64,000 nucleotides of DNA from Octopus vulgaris (Eukaryota), in assembly GCA_951406725.2 (NCBI GenBank), contig OX597827.1, forward strand, positions 24,242,001-24,306,000, given 5' to 3'. The translations under genes were made by a program, and so were the position numbers. Below the pieces are notes generated by a model that worked only from the letters and a program-made list of their open reading frames with translations, did no database searches and was not told the DNA's origin. Numbering within the stretch: position 1 is the first letter of the stretch; each line of letters opens with the position of its first letter. Shown piece by piece: positions 60,906 through 64,000 of the stretch.

Positions 60906-61231
60906 AAGGAAACGATTAAAGTGTCTTTATCGGTATGTTTGGGGAGATGATTTAATAGGTCCAGGTCATCTCTTACAATACTTGGAATGTGTTTCAGTAT
61001 TGGTTTTAGGATGATATCTATAAAGTTGCTAAGTCTGTGTGTTACACAACTTGGGCCTGCCACTATTGGTCTCAGTTTGAGATCAGTGGGATGTGGTATA
61101 GTGATGCAGGTTGAAGTGGACTTTTTGCAAGCTTCTGTGATAATTTGACTCTTGTGTATTTTTGGAAGCCCATAGAGTGTGCTGGTTTTGCAATTAAATT
61201 TAGTAATGTAATCGCATTCCTTTGCTGTTGG

Positions 61232-61265
<34 letters not shown>

Positions 61266-61328
61266 TATACGTATATATACATATACGTATATGTATATAT
61301 ATATATACACGTATATACATATATATAC

Positions 61329-61422
<94 letters not shown>

Positions 61423-61522
61423 GTATATATATATATATACGTATATATATATATATATATATATACGTATATATATATATACGTATATATATATATATAT
61501 ACGTATATATATATATATATAT
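61232..61522. repeat. (TA)n tract with TACG interruptions
   Basis: Seen directly in the sequence. Confidence 0.95.
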
Positions 61523-61525
61523 ACC

Positions 61526-64000
61526 TTATGCATAGCACTCACAGAAACGCATCTGAAACCGGACATAGCAGATGCGGAATTACACATACCACAGTATGTT
61601 GTACTACGGACCGACAGGAAAGAAAGAAGTCATGGAGGAGTTGCTATGTACATCCGTGGGGACCTCACACCCAAGGTCCTTTTGTCATACTCAAACTCGG
61701 TGTGTGACAAACTAATTGTACACATAAGGCAACTTGATGTAGTTGTGTGTGCTACATATCGCCCTCCAGATGCCCCAAGTCATATGGGCAAGTTTGAGGA
61801 CTGCCTTTTAAAAATAGAAGAAGTTCTAACCACATTAGAACAACACATAAGTGTACTTCTCATGGGAGACTTCAATCTACCGAATGTCAGATGGCCCGAG
61901 GGCCTTTCTCTCCCAGGAATGACAAGATGTGAACGAGGACAGGCGAGGTCCCTCCTGAACCTCACCAACACCCTGTACATGGAGCAAGTAATACTCCAAC
62001 CAACCAGAGCGGGTAACACACTGGATCTCTGCTTCACAAATAATATGGATCTCATCCATAATGTGAAAGTGACACCGACACTACTCTCGGATCACAACAT
62101 GGTAGAGCTGACCATGTACGGGCCAAAAGAGAGCACGGACATGCAGCCTACAAGAAACCCTCAGAATCTTTCCAGCTTGAACTTCAATAAGGCAAACTGG
62201 AAACAAATTGAGAAAGAGATCCTCAAACAAAACTGGCCTGAATGTCTCTCCTCGCCGGACATCGACATGATACTTCAACAATTCATGTCTGTAATGCAAG
62301 CCATATGCTACAAATGTGTCCCAGAGAGAAAGGCCACTGTACACAAGAACAAAATCCCCAGAGAGAGAAAAATTTTAATGAGACGGCGCACAAAAATCTC
62401 AAATCGCCTAAACAAACAAATTGAAAGCAGTGAAAAGTCCCGCCAGAAAATAAAACTGTTGGAAATTGAAAATTGTCTGCAACTCTTCCATGAGAAGGAA
62501 AGAGCAGACAAAGAAGCCTGGGCTATAGACAACATAAAAACTAACCCCAGAGCTTTCTACAGGTATGCCAAAGAAACAGCTACGGTGCACTGTAGGATAG
62601 GGCCACTCCTTGAAAAGGATGGCACACTCACAGGAAAACCAATGAGGGTAAGTGAAATACTGAATGAACAATTCAAGAGTGTTTTCACTCCACCCCTTGG
62701 GCATTTCCAAATCAGCAATCCAACTGACTTTTTTACCACTGCAGATATAGAATCAGAGGCGGCGACGTTAAATTACATCGATATAAAGGAAGACGATGTA
62801 ATAAAGGCTATAGATGAAATGAAAATAGACTCAGCTATTGGCCCCGATGGATTCCCGGCAATCCTCCTAAAAGTATGTAAGAGAGTCTTAGCAAGACCAC
62901 TGCAGTTCCTCTTTCAGAGCTTCCTTGCAGCTGGCAAACTTCCAAGAAAACTGAAGGAAGGTAAAATATGCCCTATTCATAAAGGAGGTAGCAGAGCGGA
63001 GGCCAAGAACTACAGACCTATCTCTCTGACCTCACACATCAGCAAGGTCATGGAACGAATAGTCAGAAGGAAACTAATCACCTTCCTTGAAGAAAATGAC
63101 TTGCTGCCTGACACCCAACATGGTTTCCGACCAGGAAGAAGCTGCTTAACTCAGCTCCTGCAGCACTATGACTGGGTGCTGAAACAACTGCTCAACCACT
63201 CAAATGTGGAAGTCATATATCTCGACCTCGCAAAGGCCTTCGATAAAGTCGATCATGGAATGATATGTCACAAACTGCGTGATCTTGGCATAGTTGGAAA
63301 ACTAGGAGAATGGCTTCACGACTTTCTGAAGAATAGAAGTCAGGTGGTAGTAGCCAATGGGGCCACTTCCATTAGCACGCAAATAGTGAGCGGTGTTCCA
63401 CAGGGCACTGTTTTGGGACCACTACTGTTCATAATGGCCCTCTCAGACATGCCCTCAGCCACGCGGAGAGCCACGATCACAAGTTATGCAGATGATACAA
63501 AAGTTTCACAGGCAATACAGAACCCTGAAGACACTAGGCACCTGCAATATGAGCTGGACGAAATATACAAGTGGGCTGAAAAGAATAGCATGCAGTTCAA
63601 TGCTGGAAAGTTTCAAGCTTTATACTATCAGCATGCAAAACTGAATGCAATACCCAAGGAATACACTGGACCCGGAGGGATTGCAATCCCAGAGGCACAA
63701 TCAGTGCGTGACCTGGGTATTCACATGAGTGATGACGCGACCTTTCATGTACATGTTGCTAAACTGACAATGAAATGCAGACGGCTGGCTGGATGGATTC
63801 TTAGAGAACAAGAAACCATGATGGTCCTCTGGAAGACACTTGTCCTAAGTCACTTTGACTATTGCTCTCAGCTATGGTCACCATCCAGTGTCAAGTTGAT
63901 CACAGAACTTGAGGCGATCCAACGAAGCTACACGAAGAAGATAGCCTCTATGCAGAATGTAAGCTACTGGGAAAGACTCAAGAGATTAAAATTATATTCC
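61526..64000 (+). mobile_element. CR1-group LINE ORF2 (APE endonuclease + RT), 5'-truncated, runs off the window
   Basis: [76 protein letters not shown]; start and end are in the same frame. Confidence 0.92.

Larger units (their letters stand above)
57590..61231 (-). mobile_element. Second Neptune-type PLE copy, split by an RTE insertion
   Basis: The RT 5' part (LYGLPKIHK...LRPIVAG) at 60909-61231 continues at 59418 into DVINLYTTI. Confidence 0.85.

Overview
AT-rich, repeat-dense animal genomic DNA. The SINE/RTE repertoire and microsatellite load suggest an Octopus-like cephalopod, which is an inference. There are two spliced host genes on the + strand. One is the 3' part of the splicing factor SLU7 (8 coding exons, 1080-17186, 5' exons lie outside the window). 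The other is a complete 10-exon N-acetylglucosamine kinase NAGK (24916-46413; 1035 nt, 344 aa), with all GT-AG junctions in phase. Introns and intergenic DNA hold tRNA-derived SINEs, RTE 3' fragments, R4/Dong and Hero remnants, TTAA MITEs, Helitrons and foldbacks. Downstream of NAGK (48.3-64 kb) is a nested retroelement pile joined mostly at (TA)n tracts: a near-intact Hydra-type Penelope-like element (PLE), two Neptune-type PLEs (one forming a ~2 kb-arm inverted repeat), an RTE and an open CR1-type LINE. The most notable signals are about ten hammerhead-ribozyme-like motifs from several families. They include a U3-A8 core variant and a circularly permuted, retrozyme-like family in SLU7 introns. 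Also notable are a UGA at an expected Cys of the Hydra-type endonuclease and a head-to-tail SINE array spaced by (AAT)n.
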